Source: Ionaspis alba | Taxonomy: Eukaryota | DNA length: 38,315 nucleotides | Assembly: GCA_964255285.1 (NCBI GenBank) | Contig: CAXUUL010000068.1 | Span: 1-38,315, forward strand | Direction of reading: 5' to 3' | Part shown: one piece after another, positions 19,840 through 33,399 of the stretch | How the letters are laid out: each line of letters opens with the position of its first letter | Numbering within the stretch: position 1 is the stretch's first letter | The notes under the pieces: model-generated | The model's input: only the letters and a program-made list of their open reading frames with translations | Told to the model about the DNA's origin: nothing | Database searches by the model: none | Position numbers and translations under genes: made by a program

Positions 19840-22800
19840 ATGGCGTTCAGCTTCGCAAGCGCTAGTGGCTCAGCGCTTAGGGGTGGATCAAGCAATGCTC
19901 AGATACAAGCCGGCCCTGATCTAGAGGAGATCAATACAGAGGTAAGTCTCTCCGAGGGCCATACCAGGAGTATTGCAATCTGATGTCTGTTCGCTAGGCT
20001 CTAGGATTTCAGGCGATCTCAGGAGAATCCAAAGTCCGATTACTTCCAAATCCTTGGCCTGTGGACGCTCTCCCTCCACCCACCGCATCCTTATTGAGTG
20101 TTGCTTCGAACAAAGGTCTACTTGCAGCAGCTGGACCAGAGTCCGTCATAATAGCCAGGACCGGATCTGTGATACAGGGGTTTGATGCAGACGATGGTAC
20201 CGGCAGTAATATCAAATCCTTCTCGCCTCAGCTCACCTTACCTGTTGGGATCAGAGTATCCCAGGTTGCCTTCTCAGCAGATGAGAACTACCTTGCCATC
20301 TCTGCTGAGACCGGTGGAGGCCTGGCAGTCTACGAAGTCCAAGCGCTTATGCAAGGACATACGCAATCAGCTTTTCAAATTGCCACGAACGGGACTTCTT
20401 TGCGTGCTCTAACGCCAAACCCTACGCCAGAGAAGGCCGAATTGTTCGCGGTGGTCACATCAAAAGGGGATTTAATGATAGCAAACATGAAGACACGACA
20501 GTTCTTGAGTGGGCCGCGCGGCCAGGTCATGAAAGAGGGAGTCAGCTGTGTGTCCTGGAGTAACAAAGGTAAACAACTCATCGCAGGTCTTGGGGACGGC
20601 ACGGGATTTCAAATGACGCCGGAAGGAGAGGGGAAGGCGGACATTCCAAGACCGCCTGGTCTGGACGGAGATCAACACGGTATGTTGTTTATCGGATCCA
20701 ATGTTTGAATGGGTCATTCGCTGACACCGCCAGTGTCTGCTATCTCATGGCTCGAGAACGATGTTTTCCTTCTAGCACATACGCCTTCGTCTGCTAACAC
20801 GGATATGGCTCCTGCAACCACTTACAGCCTTGTAACACGTCAATCCCCTGCAAGTTTCACCTTTCAAAAACTGCCCGAGGTCTGTGGACCGTTTGGACTT
20901 AATCGATCTCCTTCATTCCAATTTATGCAACGATTAAAAGTCTTTCCACCTAATATCCAAGACATAGTCTTGGTCGCTTCAACGGCATCGATAGACATAG
21001 GTGTTTTCACTCGAGCGAAATCGCCGCTAGCCAAAGATGTTGCCCCCGAAAAGATTACAAACGTGTTTACTACTACCATGATGGCAGTCGACTCACGTAG
21101 AGCACAGCTTCCGATGACAGCAGATATGACTACGGATACGTCCCCTATCGGCATGGCGCTAGATCTTTCGAGTGGTATCAAGGTCTCGCGTCCTCTACCG
21201 GGTGAAGAGATAGACGAATCTCAAGGGCCACTCCCTGCGCTAATGGTTCTAAACAATGATGGCATTCTCGTAGCTTGGTGGATCGTGTATGCGGACTCGG
21301 TCAGGCAAGGCAGTACATATCCAGGTCTGGTAGCTGTAGCTGTTCATCAGCAGTCTCAAGCTCCTCAAACATCACAACCACCCTTTTCTTCTGCGCCGCA
21401 GGCGGCAGCACCTGTTTCTGGCCAAAGCACTTTTAGCACATCTTCCATCAATCCTTTTGGTGCCGCGATGGCTAACACATCTGCGGCTCCTGCTTTTGGT
21501 ACTTCAGCTTCCTTGAGTTCTACCTCTGGTGCCTTTGGCAGCCCGTCAGGTCTTGGTACCCAGCAGTCTCCATGGGGTGCACCCAATAACTCCAACCAAT
21601 TTGCAGTACCTGCTTTTGGTAAGCCATCATTTGGCACGTCGACCTCTCTTGGTGCTGCAACGCAAGGCAGTGCGTTCGGTACTAGTGGAGGTTTGGGGGC
21701 TCGCCATTCACCTTGGGGTACTTCTACTGCTGCTGCTGCTGCTCCAACGGCGCCTACAAGCGTATTTGGACAACCAGGGGGGATTGGTCTACGGAGTGGA
21801 AGTGCCTTTGGGGGAACCAGTTCAGGCTCGGCTTTTGGGACTTCTACATTTCCCACAAGCGGTTCTGGAGGTGGGTTTGCAGCTTTCGCGAAAGGATCTG
21901 GATTCGCGTCTTCCGCAGCTCCGAGCACGGGGAGCAATTTCGGCAAGCAGGATGGAGCCTTGACCTCTCTGGCTGAACAGAAGCCTGGCGGTACTATGTT
22001 TGGGAAACCGAGCACGCCTGCGGCAGTTTCTTTCGACTCGACAATGGACGTTGGTTCCAGTTTCGGTACGACCCCCAAAAAATCCGACGACAAGCCTGGT
22101 GGCCTATTCGGCAGTGGCAATTCATTTGTTCTAGGCTCATCATGGAAAAGCGACAATCCACCGAAAGACGATATTCCTCAAACAACACAAACATCTACGG
22201 CCTCCTTCTTTGGCAACAACTTTGGCCAGGCGCTCGGAGAGACGACTATGAGCTCCACTGAGGCACAGACGGAAGAAGCTGAAATGCAGTCAGAAGCCAG
22301 CGAGCAGGGCGGTTTTCCAGAAAGCCCAGCTTCCGAGGTTCCAAGGGACACCACCACTCCAGCCGAAACTCCTGCACCATCGAAATTTTTCTCTGCTCCC
22401 CCTCTGACAGGAGGTCTGTTTGGAACACAGGCTCAGAGTAACACGACACCGGTTGCTGTTCAAAGCAGTGCCCCAGCTCCTCCTATGTTCGGGCAGCCGA
22501 TGACATCTCGGACATCACCAAGACCAAAATCACCCACTGTAAAGCAGGAACCACTTGAAACCCCACCGGGTGTGCGTCACGCTCTTCCTGAAGCACCGTT
22601 GCCAGTAGATTCGACGACAAAGCTCAGCTATACACCTGGCGGGTCATCTGCATCCTCGACAGTCGCTTCAAAGTCTTCTCATGAAGATGTGGATGCACCA
22701 ACACCACTCAATGATGCCGCTCCGTCGCCTCCACCTCCTACGAAAGCTGGGCCAATCGCAGCAACACCCGAAACTCCGACCGACAACATGCCCCCTCCTC

Positions 22801-24470
22801 CCACGCCAGTGCCATCAAAGCCGAGACCATTACATTCTCAGGACGCAACCCACGAAGAATTACCACTCTCTGGAGAGGACGAAGAGACCGGTTTAGATGA
22901 CGAAGGCAGTGGAGTGGACTTGGGTCAAGAAACTAGTCCAAACTCAGACCCAGATCACAGCCTGAACATCACGCCTGAGAGTTCTTTTGGAGGGAAAAGC
23001 GACAAAAGTCCTTTGGGCGGCTTGTTTCAAAACATTAGCAAGCAACAACCCACGAAATCTCTCTTTGGTGAAATTGGAAAGACCTCGGCTCCTGTCTTCC
23101 CACCACCAAAGATACAGCAAAGCCCCAGATCGCCTAGCCCGATACGTTCTTTGCTGCATGACCATGTTCTACGTCCTGACACCGCAAGATCCGTCAGCGC
23201 TCCCGGTCCTCCATCTAGAGGCGGCATCACTCGTAAACCATTGTCGAATAGACCTCCTCACAGTAACATATCTTCAAAGGCTATACTTCCAATACATTTT
23301 CCAGAGCATGAAGAGCAAGATCGCCTGGCTCTCACAGTACGACCCGAGGGAGAAGAGCTGAGTGACCGGGAGGATGAGAGGGTTCGCGCAGAATTAGCTA
23401 CGGAGATTGCATGCACCATGAATCTTGAACCTTTCCTCGCGCACAAAGACTATGTCGGCGATGCTGTCAAACCGGGCATTCCGGGCCAGATAGAAACGGT
23501 CTACCGAGACATCAATTCCATGATCGATATTCTCGGTCTCAACTCTCGCTCTTTGCAAGCTTTCATCAAAGGTCACGACAACTATAAGGAAGCCGGACGT
23601 AGCAGAGAAGACCTCGAGGATACCAAGCCCTGGTGTATTGTCGAGGTCAGCGATCTTACCGGTGTTCAGCAGGCACTGGAGAGCGACCTCGAGCAAGGCC
23701 GCCTACAGCATGCAGATGAGAAAGCCAACGAGTGCTTGGCACTGAGGAAGGACCTCAGAAATATTGAAGTCAAGGTCGAGGAGATCCAACACATCGTTGA
23801 CACAAAAGATGATCCAATTCAAATCGAGGTTCTCCGCCAGAAACCGCTCTCCAATGATCAGTCAAATCTCCGGAAAGATCTGCGAAGACACCTTGCAGCT
23901 ATCCAGGCCTTGCTAACGGAAGCTGAGGGAAGCATAACCCTGCTAAGAGCGAAGCTTGCAGCACAAAACACTGGCAAGAGCAAGCAGGGTGGAGTGCCGA
24001 AAGTCCCAACTGTCGAGGCTGTCGAACGAACGATTCGCAGAATGACGGAGATGGTTCAAGAGAAAAGTGGAGATATAGATGTTCTGGAAAACCAGATGCG
24101 AAGAATGAATGTCCTCAGCAGCCCCACTAGCAGTCGTGAAGGCTCACCCTTCGTAACGCCTCCCACTTCCATTAGAAAAGGCAAGCCGCTACTTCGCACG
24201 CCGGGAACGGGTACGAGTCTAAATGGTCCTGGATCGTTCTATACGCCAGTGAGCTCGAGAAGTACATTCGCAAATCCACTGGCTTCCAGTATCACTGGTT
24301 TTAGACCTTCGCCAAGGAAGAAACTAGATCAGGTCGACGCAGTGGACGCGAGGAGATATGGGAAAAGGGCGACAAAGCGGAGGGAGATCAATGGACTATT
24401 AAAGAACGTGCTCGTAAAAGACGGGATAAGGGTTCGGAGCGTGGATGGCTTGTGCAAAAGATCTCTATGA
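19840..24470 (+). CDS. NUP159: FG-nucleoporin Nup159/Nup146/Nup214 homologue
   Basis: Exons 19840-19941, 19998-20679 and 20734-24470; introns 19942-19997 and 20680-20733. N-terminal beta-propeller (SLLSVASNKGLLAAAGP, VSCVSWSNKGKQLIAG, LMVLNNDGILVAW), a central AFG/SFG/LFG repeat region, a Pro/Ser-rich linker and a C-terminal coiled coil. Confidence 0.93.
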
Positions 24471-25764
24471 ATCACAAGGGAGATCTTTGACCGTACAACT
24501 AATGATGATAATCTCGACATCGTATCTCTGATCGAAAGATTATGGTACCAGCTTCAAGCTGCTACTTTTTTCGGGCTACGTAAAACTTCTCCTCTGTTTG
24601 GATCGACACCAAAAGAATATTGAGGGAAGTGGTCGACCGTTGTATCCATACATTCTAGAATGCGATTCGGGATTAACGTGTAAAATGTTCTGAGTTTGTA
24701 CCAAAAAGAACGAGTCGAGGTTTGATTGACTCGTCGATTATCCAGTAGTCTCTGGCTCCATTCATGGTCGCCTTCTCTATGCTTGTAGTGGCAAACCCGT
24801 GCATAGAAGCAGATAGAGACATGATTGGTTTTCCGATATCTTTGATTGTGGGAATGTTTTCATCTCCCACTCAATTAACTCGAACTCTTCAAGAAGCAGA
24901 ATGGTACCGAGTCTAATGAGCCTCAACAGAAAAATCGAACACTTGGTGGGTGATCTGAATCTGTCACAAGGAAGACACATATTATCCAACCAGCCCCCCT
25001 GGAGCTATAGCAACTTAATTCCAGCATTTGATTGCGTTACGAGGTATACAGCTCTGCCAGAGCCGGCACGAGGAGTCAGTGTTGCTCCTCAGCATCTGAC
25101 CGGGACCAGGGACAAAATTAGCGAACCTATCAACAACGACTCTGGGAAGAAGAGTCAAAGGTACTGTAGTGCATTTGTCGCCACATCAGTGGATCACATG
25201 CAGAATCTGCAAGTTTATGATAGGACAGGCGGCCACCAAAATGGAACGACCAGGGCTGGGCAACAAGTTTTGTGGAAGAAGCTCCGGACCTCTAGGCATT
25301 TCTGCGGGAGCCGTGCCGGGTGTAAATGAACGACTCCTGGGTCAATAATTGCCGCTGACAAGCAGGGCATTGATCGAGAATCCTCCATGTGTGAAATTCG
25401 TCCATCAAGCCAGTTGGAAGGTGGTGGGTCATTCAAGAATTCCAACGCAGGGGATACACGGTCACAGCATCCTGGAAAGTAGAGATTTCTGTGTGCTGAC
25501 CTACCAAGCTAGTGCTATTTGGAATAGACTATGAGAGGTTTTGGTTGGGTCCGACTAATTGCATGCATGTTGAGGAGACAAGCTTGAGAGTTGTGTCTGA
25601 ACGTTTTAATTTCTACGCACACTCAACAGTAGAGAGAGTCGTATCGATCAGTCGTCAAGCAACCCGTAACGCCTAACTCGAACTCAAGAGTCGCAGGCTG
25701 AAAAGAAAGTGACTTTGTCGCAAATTTGAAAAGTCCTCGAAAGAAGGTGCCAACGGCCGATGTC

Positions 25765-28506
25765 TTAAGCATATGTAGGAACGTTGAGATCTCCCGTATT
25801 GACATCTGGCGGGAACAACTTGTCCCATTCATTCTAACAAATTGTCAGTCCTTTTACTCTCAAATCTCGCAATGCAGAATGCTCACCCAGTCAATATCTG
25901 CCATTAAATCATCGCCCAAAGTCGTTTCCGGAGACGGACCACCTGGTGTTATCAAAGACTCGGAGCGTGCAAGTTCAGATACAGGGTTCTGCGGCACTTC
26001 GGGGTATGCAGATGAGCCGCTGTCAGTTTTCTCAACGGCGGCGCCAAAGATAATCGCAGGTTGATTGGGTTGCTCCGTTGGGCCCATAGACATATTATCG
26101 TCTACTTTTCTGGGTTGGCGCTGGCCAATTCTCGCCAACATACCAGTAGGCGCACGTAGTTTCCTAGCATCTCTATAGACACCCAAGCGATCCCTAACCT
26201 CCGTGAGTATGAGTCTGGCTTTTTGGTCGCGGTCCAGGTGTAGAGGAGGTTCGAACACGAAGTCTAACACACGCCAGATACGGTCGGCTTCTCTACGCCT
26301 CGGATAAGCAAACACTTCGGCAAGGAGGAGGAAAGCGGTTTGATATTGTTGAATAGCACCTGAATACCAGACCCAAGGAGAAAGACTACGGTCCGTCTCT
26401 AGAGTCATCGCATTCTCAACTTGGTTGGTTCCAGAAGTAAGAATAATCTGGCGTAGTCGGTCTGTGCTATGTCAGCATGGTGCCTAGTACACGGCAAAAG
26501 TCGATTTTATAAAGTCTAAGGTCTTAGACTTACCCGGGATTGGAGCCGAAACGCTGTTGTGATAACGATGCAGGACCATTATGTGCAATCGAGTCAGGAG
26601 GATCTCCAGGATTAGATGAGCACAACGCTGTATAGGTATGTTGTCGTCCATCATCGGAACGTATTTCTCGATCATGACTTTCCGGAAATTCTCGATCTTT
26701 CCCAGAACAGCAGTCAAGCTGATCTCCTTCTTCTCTAAACGTGGTCGGTCAAACCAAACTCTCCGTATCATCTCATTGCACTCAATCCGCATCAATGCGA
26801 AGGTCATGTCTGTCCATTGCGTGGATGATCGTGTTGGGGGATGAGGCTGCTCAAACTCTTGATCGTCCAAGTTGAGGGGTATTTGGGTATCAAATTCGTT
26901 CAAACGTATACCCGGCCTTGGTCCTTGAGCTTCACAGGTACGTATATCAAGAAAGCACAGTTGATACCAGATGAGCCGGCGAACGTGTATATCTAAAGGC
27001 TTCATACCGTATTCTGTGCCATCACGGTGCAATCCCATACATTCGGCAAGGCGGATACCAGTCCCAACGAGAGCGGAATGAGCACGAGACATCTGGTCAC
27101 GACACAAAGGGATCTGTTGACGTTCTCAGCTTCAGTAAGCAGATTCTTCTCACACCATTGAAGCTTCATTGAGCCTATTCTGGCATCGTTCTTCATTACT
27201 GACTGTGATGAAATCCTATAGCTAGGTATCGAGTTGGGGATTGAAAGGAAATGGCCACAAGTAAGCTTGGATTTGTGAGGTGATGAGGTGGAGGAATTCG
27301 TAACCTACCATGTACATGACAAACGCCTGCATGGTCTCGATTTTGGTGGTTCGAAGAAGATTTGCTCTGACGAGAGCCGTTTCCGCACCCTGCTGAAAGT
27401 TGTCTACTAGGTCTTTCTTACCAACACCAAAGTCGTGCATGATGATTTCGTCAGGCATGCTGACAACTCCGGAGAACATAGCAGCAAACACCACGGCCTG
27501 CAAGGACCCCACAGGCTCAATACCCATATCAACCTCGCTCCAAAAGACCTGATATCGCCGTTCAAACGAAGGTCTATGTACGACGTGGGTTAAAGGATGT
27601 ACAGCATACCAATATTGCTGTAACAATCGGTCGGCAGCGCTTTTCGAAGGCAGGAAGTCAATGAGCGAGTTTCCTTGGTGTCCAGCAGCAAAGAAGAAAT
27701 TTGAGGTGGGAGGAATATACGTTGGTCCAGGGGCCATATAATTCCGAGGTCTTGCGAGACCATGCAAAGCAAGATCTGGCGAAAGAGCTCTCTCAGAAGA
27801 AGACCGTCGATCGTTGCGACTATCCGTCAAGGAGACCGTAATCTGTTTATAATCAGCAAGATAAATTCGAAGCATCTGCGTTTCATTTATGACTAACTTC
27901 GTCACTCATCTTGGGTCGGAAGAAACCGCCCAACCGATCTGTGAGTCTGAGTTTACCCATCTGGATACCTAGGTCCATCAGGTCATCGTCTGCATCGTCT
28001 TCGTACACTGCGTCAATGACAGCCAATGGCGTTGGTTCCAGCTCCTTTTCATCTTCCGGCTCGGGCGCGAAGTCGATCTCTTCACTCACAGCATGAGCTG
28101 CCAGACCTGCCTTCCTGGCTTCTCGGCGTGAAGCACTTTTGGCCACATCCTGCTCGAGCACCCTTTCCAAAGAGCCCATTTTTTCCTTGATCTCCGTCAA
28201 CTTGAGTTGAGATGCGGAATCTAGGGCCGGTGCCAGGAACACGCAGTCCCGTGCAAACTTGGTGCAATTTGTGCATGGATGAGACTTATCACATTTTAAT
28301 TTTCGACGGCGGCACTCCAGGCACGAGGTTATCATGCGATTCCTGCGACGTATTCGCGGAGGAACGCCAGACGTAGGAGCGTTCGCTGTAGTGGTATTGG
28401 GTCCATCACTAGTAGTCTTCTTTGGGAGGCTGGACAAGGCATCCTCACTGCCGGCTCTGGGCTCAAAGGGAACAATCTGTTCGGGGAGGTCTGTAGAACG
28501 CTGCAT
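25765..28506 (-). CDS. Zn(II)2Cys6 transcription factor with fungal-specific TF (middle homology) domain
   Basis: CLECRRRKLKCDKSHPCTNC....DC cluster; AECMGLHRDG, RRLIWYQLCFLD and FDTQIPLNLDD. Five exons: 28506-27898, 27842-27309, 27113-26534, 26461-25887 and 25833-25765, ending NEWDKLFPPDVNTGDLNVPTYA*. Confidence 0.92.
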
Positions 28507-29073
28507 AGCAAAGGACTGGGATTCCTAAAGTCTTACGTCCGTAGTCTCGTAAGCCGTCGATCACATCCGGGAGCACGACTATTTTCGCAAGGATTCCAGG
28601 CACTTGGCCAGCCGTCGATTGCAGGAACTTGTGCTGCAGGGCGTAAAGCTGCAACTATGATTCCGGGGAATCTGGAAGAGACAAGCCGTTGACCATGAGT
28701 GGGATCTAGATAAACACAATGCAGAAGTTGACAGACCCCTGGCTGTGCGGGGTCCTTGTTCTTCCACAATTGCTGCGCTTCCATCGCCTTTACCTCCATG
28801 CTTCCAATCTCAACACGGCGCAATGCCACAAAGAGATGGAAACCAATCCTTATGTAGGCACCTGCTGCCTCTTCTCCGAAAGATTGATTACCGCTCCCGG
28901 AACTCTCTTGACCTTGACTACTAGCAATGGAGCCGTTGCGCCACGAGTAGTGGGGCCGATGACGAACAGTCCTTAATGACCATATCACCAGCGGACACGA
29001 AACGCCCTCAATTTGAGACCTCTGTGTTCTGTAATCCGTTAATCGCTACTCTTGATACAGGCCACTACCTGTG

Positions 29074-29780
29074 ATGTCTTGTTCAGTCACAGAAATTGCC
29101 ATTCTTCCTCTTGTCCCAGGGTCAAACATCGAGGATCCATCCTCGAGAGAAGGCGAGGCATGGGAGGCAAATCTCGAAGAGCTTCGTACCACACCTGGCT
29201 GGAGACGATCCTTTATCAGTCGGCACGTTGAAGACAAGAACAAAGTAGAGATAATCATTGGTAGAGCTGCGTTACATCCATGGAAATTGATTACAGGAAG
29301 CTAATCGATTCAGACCGGGACTCCATCGAAGACCATCATGAATTTATGGCTGATTCGACCTTCGTCCGCTTCTTTAATCGCCTCGGGCCTTTCTTGGAAG
29401 GCAAGCCCACGGTCTACCATGTATACTTCGACCCCCAACCTCCACCTGCCGTCTTTGAATCTCCTGCCGTGGAAATGTTTATAGCGTACTTTCCTGCTAC
29501 AACGAACACGGCCGACAGAGAAAATTGGGAAGAGAGGTTCAAGAGGTTCTTGACCATATTGCCGGGAGCTGAAGGCTACAAAAATCACGCCACTGGATGG
29601 GTATTAGAGGAGGTCGACCATGAGAAAGTGGAGGGTAAGGTGAAGCCATGGATAACAGCCATTGGGTGGGAGAGTGTGGAGGCACACAAAGCTTTCCGAG
29701 AGACTGTTTTATTCAAGGACAACGTTGGATTGTTGAGAGAAGGTCCTACAGCTGCTGAGATGCATCACCTGACTTTCTAA
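29074..29780 (+). CDS. Dimeric alpha-beta barrel (ABM-like) protein with two repeats
   Basis: Exons 29074-29260 and 29314-29780; intron GTAGAG..GCTAAT..CAG. Motifs VTEIAILPL, VEDKNKVEIIIDRDSIEDHHEF, ATGWVLEE, IGWESVEAHKAFRET, MHHLTF. The first-repeat 'DWxS' motif reads DRDS here. Confidence 0.85.
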
Positions 29781-30195
29781 ACATATAGAATCGTGGAGTG
29801 TCGTGATAATTTCTCCATCATTTGATTTTTGAGACGTACAGAGTAGAAGCGCAAGTCTGAGTACAAAATCCCAGAGTGGAGTATGGACAGGCTTAAGACA
29901 AGAAAGAAACAACCATTAGACAGCGGAGGATCCTGCCTCATGCCAGTAGCTAGCTCTTCGTCCGCCAACAAGTGCTGTAGAGACATACCTTGCTAGACGT
30001 TCAATACTCCGCATCACGAAAATACCTCCATTGTCCATTGGACTCAACGTTTCCTCCATCAAGACAATCAAGACCCATAGACATACGCGGCTCGTAGGAC
30101 GACCCGCATTCTCCAACATGAACACTCCTTCCCGGTGTAAATTCGTGAAGAGGAGAAAAAGTAATAGAATGCGCAAGAGGAACGAAGCTGTAGCA

Positions 30196-31315
30196 CTACA
30201 GATCCTGAATCCATTTTTCACAACGCTTCGTATCAGTGTGCGTGTGGTAGGTGGCGCAGCGGAGGGTCGCGTCTTTCCAAGCTTTGACATAAGGGACACC
30301 AGGCACAGCGTCCAGCTTGTCTTTCAACTTTGCGACCACTTCACGCAAGAAGCGCTCGTTCCTATATTTCCGCATACGATCAGCTATTTGAAGTTTTTGA
30401 TAAGACTGGTACAGCTCGAAGAGAGTCACTGTCATGTATCAAAGGAAGTATTTTAAGGAAAAGTATCGACCACCACATCGGGGGAAACAGGTCACATACC
30501 AGCTATCCTCCACCTCCTTAACTAGCTTCTTGGTATTCATCCCTACGAACAAATCAACAATCAACAGCTTCAGGCCTCTCGTTTCGTTCTCATCATCATT
30601 CCAAAGTGTCTGTGTGTCCTCTGGCCCAAATACTGCATTATGCTTGCACGCCAAGCGAGCGACCTCATCAACAATCTCGTTCCTCAAGCGCTCGGCCTGT
30701 AGAAACCCAGCAAGCTTCCAGAGCTTGACAAGGTGAAAGAAGCCGATCTCCTTCCTCGGTTCCGATTCGATCGTTGTGGCATCCTTATCAGGTTCTGCAT
30801 CGAAGTCGACGCCCTCGTGGGAGAGGCTGCCGTTGTAGATCCACTGGATGAAGTAGGCGAAGACCTCGGGCTTGACTTCAGGCATCTTCACTACACGGGT
30901 ACGTGCTTCTTGCATATTATTGCGAGTATTCAGACAAGCTTTAAAGAAGCGGGATTCTTCGATGAGGCGAGAAGGGTGGACGTAGTATTTACGCGAGCCC
31001 CTGATGCTGGGACCACCAATTTCGATAGTAACAATTTCCTCCCACTCATCACTACAGAAATATATGGTTAGCTGAAAGACTTTGAACCAAGGCAGCTGCA
31101 TTTGGAAGGGCAACTTACAGACTGGGAGGTAATTTGGACTCAGGGTCACGTGAGGTTATGGAAAAAGACATGCTCTGCTCGTCGGTCGTGGAGGTCGGGT
31201 CAAGGACGTAATAGCCAGGCTGAAGGTTGAGATTGACACGCTCCTCCGCCGAGATCGGTGGAGGTGGAGGTGGAGGTGCATGAGGGTGAGGGAGAGGGCT
31301 CTCATTTCTATTCAT
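30196..31315 (-). CDS. Fungal BTB/POZ-domain protein
   Basis: Exons 31315-31119, 31051-30500 and 30361-30196; introns 31052-31118 and 30362-30499. IVTIEIG..YYVH..L...SRFFKACL...MQEA...VKMPEVKPEVFAYFIQWIYNG, LVKLWKLAGFL..ERLRNEIVD, and C-terminal CATYHTH. Confidence 0.88.
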
Positions 31316-31816
31316 CTTGATGTTTGCGTCGTGAATTGAGGAAACAAAGCCGGACGTGAATGAAGAGGGTAAGACACAGAAGTCGTTGCCGGCAACGTAG
31401 GATGTTAGGAACGTGAGTCAGTCAACAGAAGACCTGATGAAAGTTTGCGAATCTGCGCTCCAATGTTTGCGACGTGTGAGATGTGAAAAATATGCATGCG
31501 AGGCCCTTTGTTGGTTGAGTTCAGCGCCGCGACAACCACAAGTCCATTTCCGGTAGCTATCACGAAAACGACATCATCGCGCAGTAACTTTAGGGCACAA
31601 CTTTAGGATACAGTCACATAGAATTTACTGGTAAGCATAGTCATGGACCCGACCAGACGTGGAGCAATGCAAATGAGCCGAATTTATTATTTCTGAATAC
31701 AAATCCACACCTGTTTCATGAAAGATTTTGCTACCCCTTCCAGCGAAGAAATAACGATTCTGGAAATCCTACCTCTGAGATACCATCAATGAGCTACACG
31801 GTTGCTAATTTGATAT

Positions 31817-33399
31817 CTAAATACGATGCTTTTCGCTCTCTGTAATCTTTGTCAGCCTGAATCATTGTGCCTCTGAGGAAGATTTCATACCAAGTCGAGA
31901 GTAGAGCATGTACAAGGCCATCTGGTTGCATTCTTGGGTCCCGGTGATGGTGACTAGCCGCTCATTACTGTTGTCTTGTGGTTCGTTGATCTTGATCACA
32001 CTGCCACTGAGCTGCCTAATCTCGTTGATTTTGGCTCCCCCTTTTCCGATTATGGCACCAACCATATCGTTTGGAATGAAGATCTGTTGAGTAAGAGGCT
32101 GCCCCGGCACCATGCCTTGCATTGGTTGAGCAGGTGGACCAGCATGGCTATGCGGCTGCTGGTGACCACCGTGGTGTTGCGGCTGATGAGGTCCGGCACC
32201 TGCATAGCCTGGTTGAGGGGAGTTTGCATAATGGACCGGGGCTTGGGGCTGCTGCTGTGGGGGTTGCCCATGAAGATATGGTACACCATAAGGATTCGCA
32301 GGGGTACGATGTGGCTGGTTTGTATGGCGTTTGTAGTTGTCTGGATGGCCATATTGACCTCCAGCGGGCTGGGGAACATAAGGAACCACCTGCATGCCTC
32401 CAGGGACAACACCTGCAGGTCCCCCACTACGCGTGGCATACGCTGAAGCGGCAGGACCACCGAAGCGTTCGGTCAGCTGCTCCACGAGAGTTTGACCGAC
32501 ATAGTATGTAGCAATGTGGACAGCATCAGCAACACCAAGAACAACCAAGGATCGTTCTGTCGACAACGGTAGACAAGAATCAGAAGCATTCAATCTAGCT
32601 CCGGAAGCCTCTTGAATTTCACGAATACGCACACCAGACTTGCCGATAATGGAACCTATCAGAATGTGCGGCACTAGCAGTCGAAGAGGGTAGGTCTTGG
32701 ACTGGGGAGTTGAGGGAGCTTCGAGTGGTTCGTTATTGAGGGTCCGGATAATCAGGCCGAAGGCCTCAGACGTGTCAGCATCACAGATCGAAGAGAATGA
32801 GCCATCAATCATACCTTGGCCGTAGCGTCCACCAGTCCACTAACTGTCAAGATCCTCTCTACGGCGCCACGGGAATAGTCACTGACGGTACATTTTGCAC
32901 CCGAAAGACGTCGAATTTGAGAGACGTTCTCTCCGCCCTTGCCAATAACAGTTGCTGCTTCCGCACTGGAGATGACAGCACGCACGTGGATCCAACCAGT
33001 CTCGTCTTGGTGTCCTTGGTGCTGCATAGGACCATGGGAACTGGAACGATCATGTTGGCCAGCAGTGGATTGAATAGGCTGGGTCTCCAGAACAGCTGAA
33101 GCAGAAGGCCCAGCCCCGTTAGGAGCATCGGGCACAACGATGTCTCCATGCGCATCGACATGTCCATTTGCCAGGGGCTTGGTATCCGTTTCGGTCTTGA
33201 TATCCTGATCAATGACGGGAATGGGAGCTGTCTCCGCCGACTCCGACTTTGCCTTGTCCTCTTCGTCTTCTGCTTTCACAACTTTATCGAGTGCCGGACG
33301 CTTTGCATCTGGCTGATCAGTGGGACCCGAAGGAGAAGACTCTTCGTCCAGGGGTCTTTTCGTGGACGGAACAGCGTTTGCTGATGGCGAAGCAGACAT
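31817..33399 (-). CDS. rnc1: Triple KH-domain RNA-binding protein, Rnc1/Pbp2 (PCBP-like)
   Basis: Three KH GxxG loops: VIGKGGENV, IIGKSGVRI and IIGKGGAKI. Exons 33399-32815, 32764-31891 and 31839-31817, ending LYSRLESEKHRI*. Confidence 0.9.

Noticed and set aside
21365..22156. 263-aa antisense ORF inside NUP159, and similar antisense ORFs in the GH128, GH20 and KH genes
   Set aside because: Shadow ORFs caused by codon bias and low complexity of the sense gene.
27133..27200. Box C/D-like snoRNA in the TF intron (ATGAAGA...CTGA, with CGATGCCAGAA complementary to fungal 5.8S rRNA)
   Set aside because: Box C is imperfect, the 11-nt complement is not followed by a D or D' box, and I know of no methylation at that site; probably chance.
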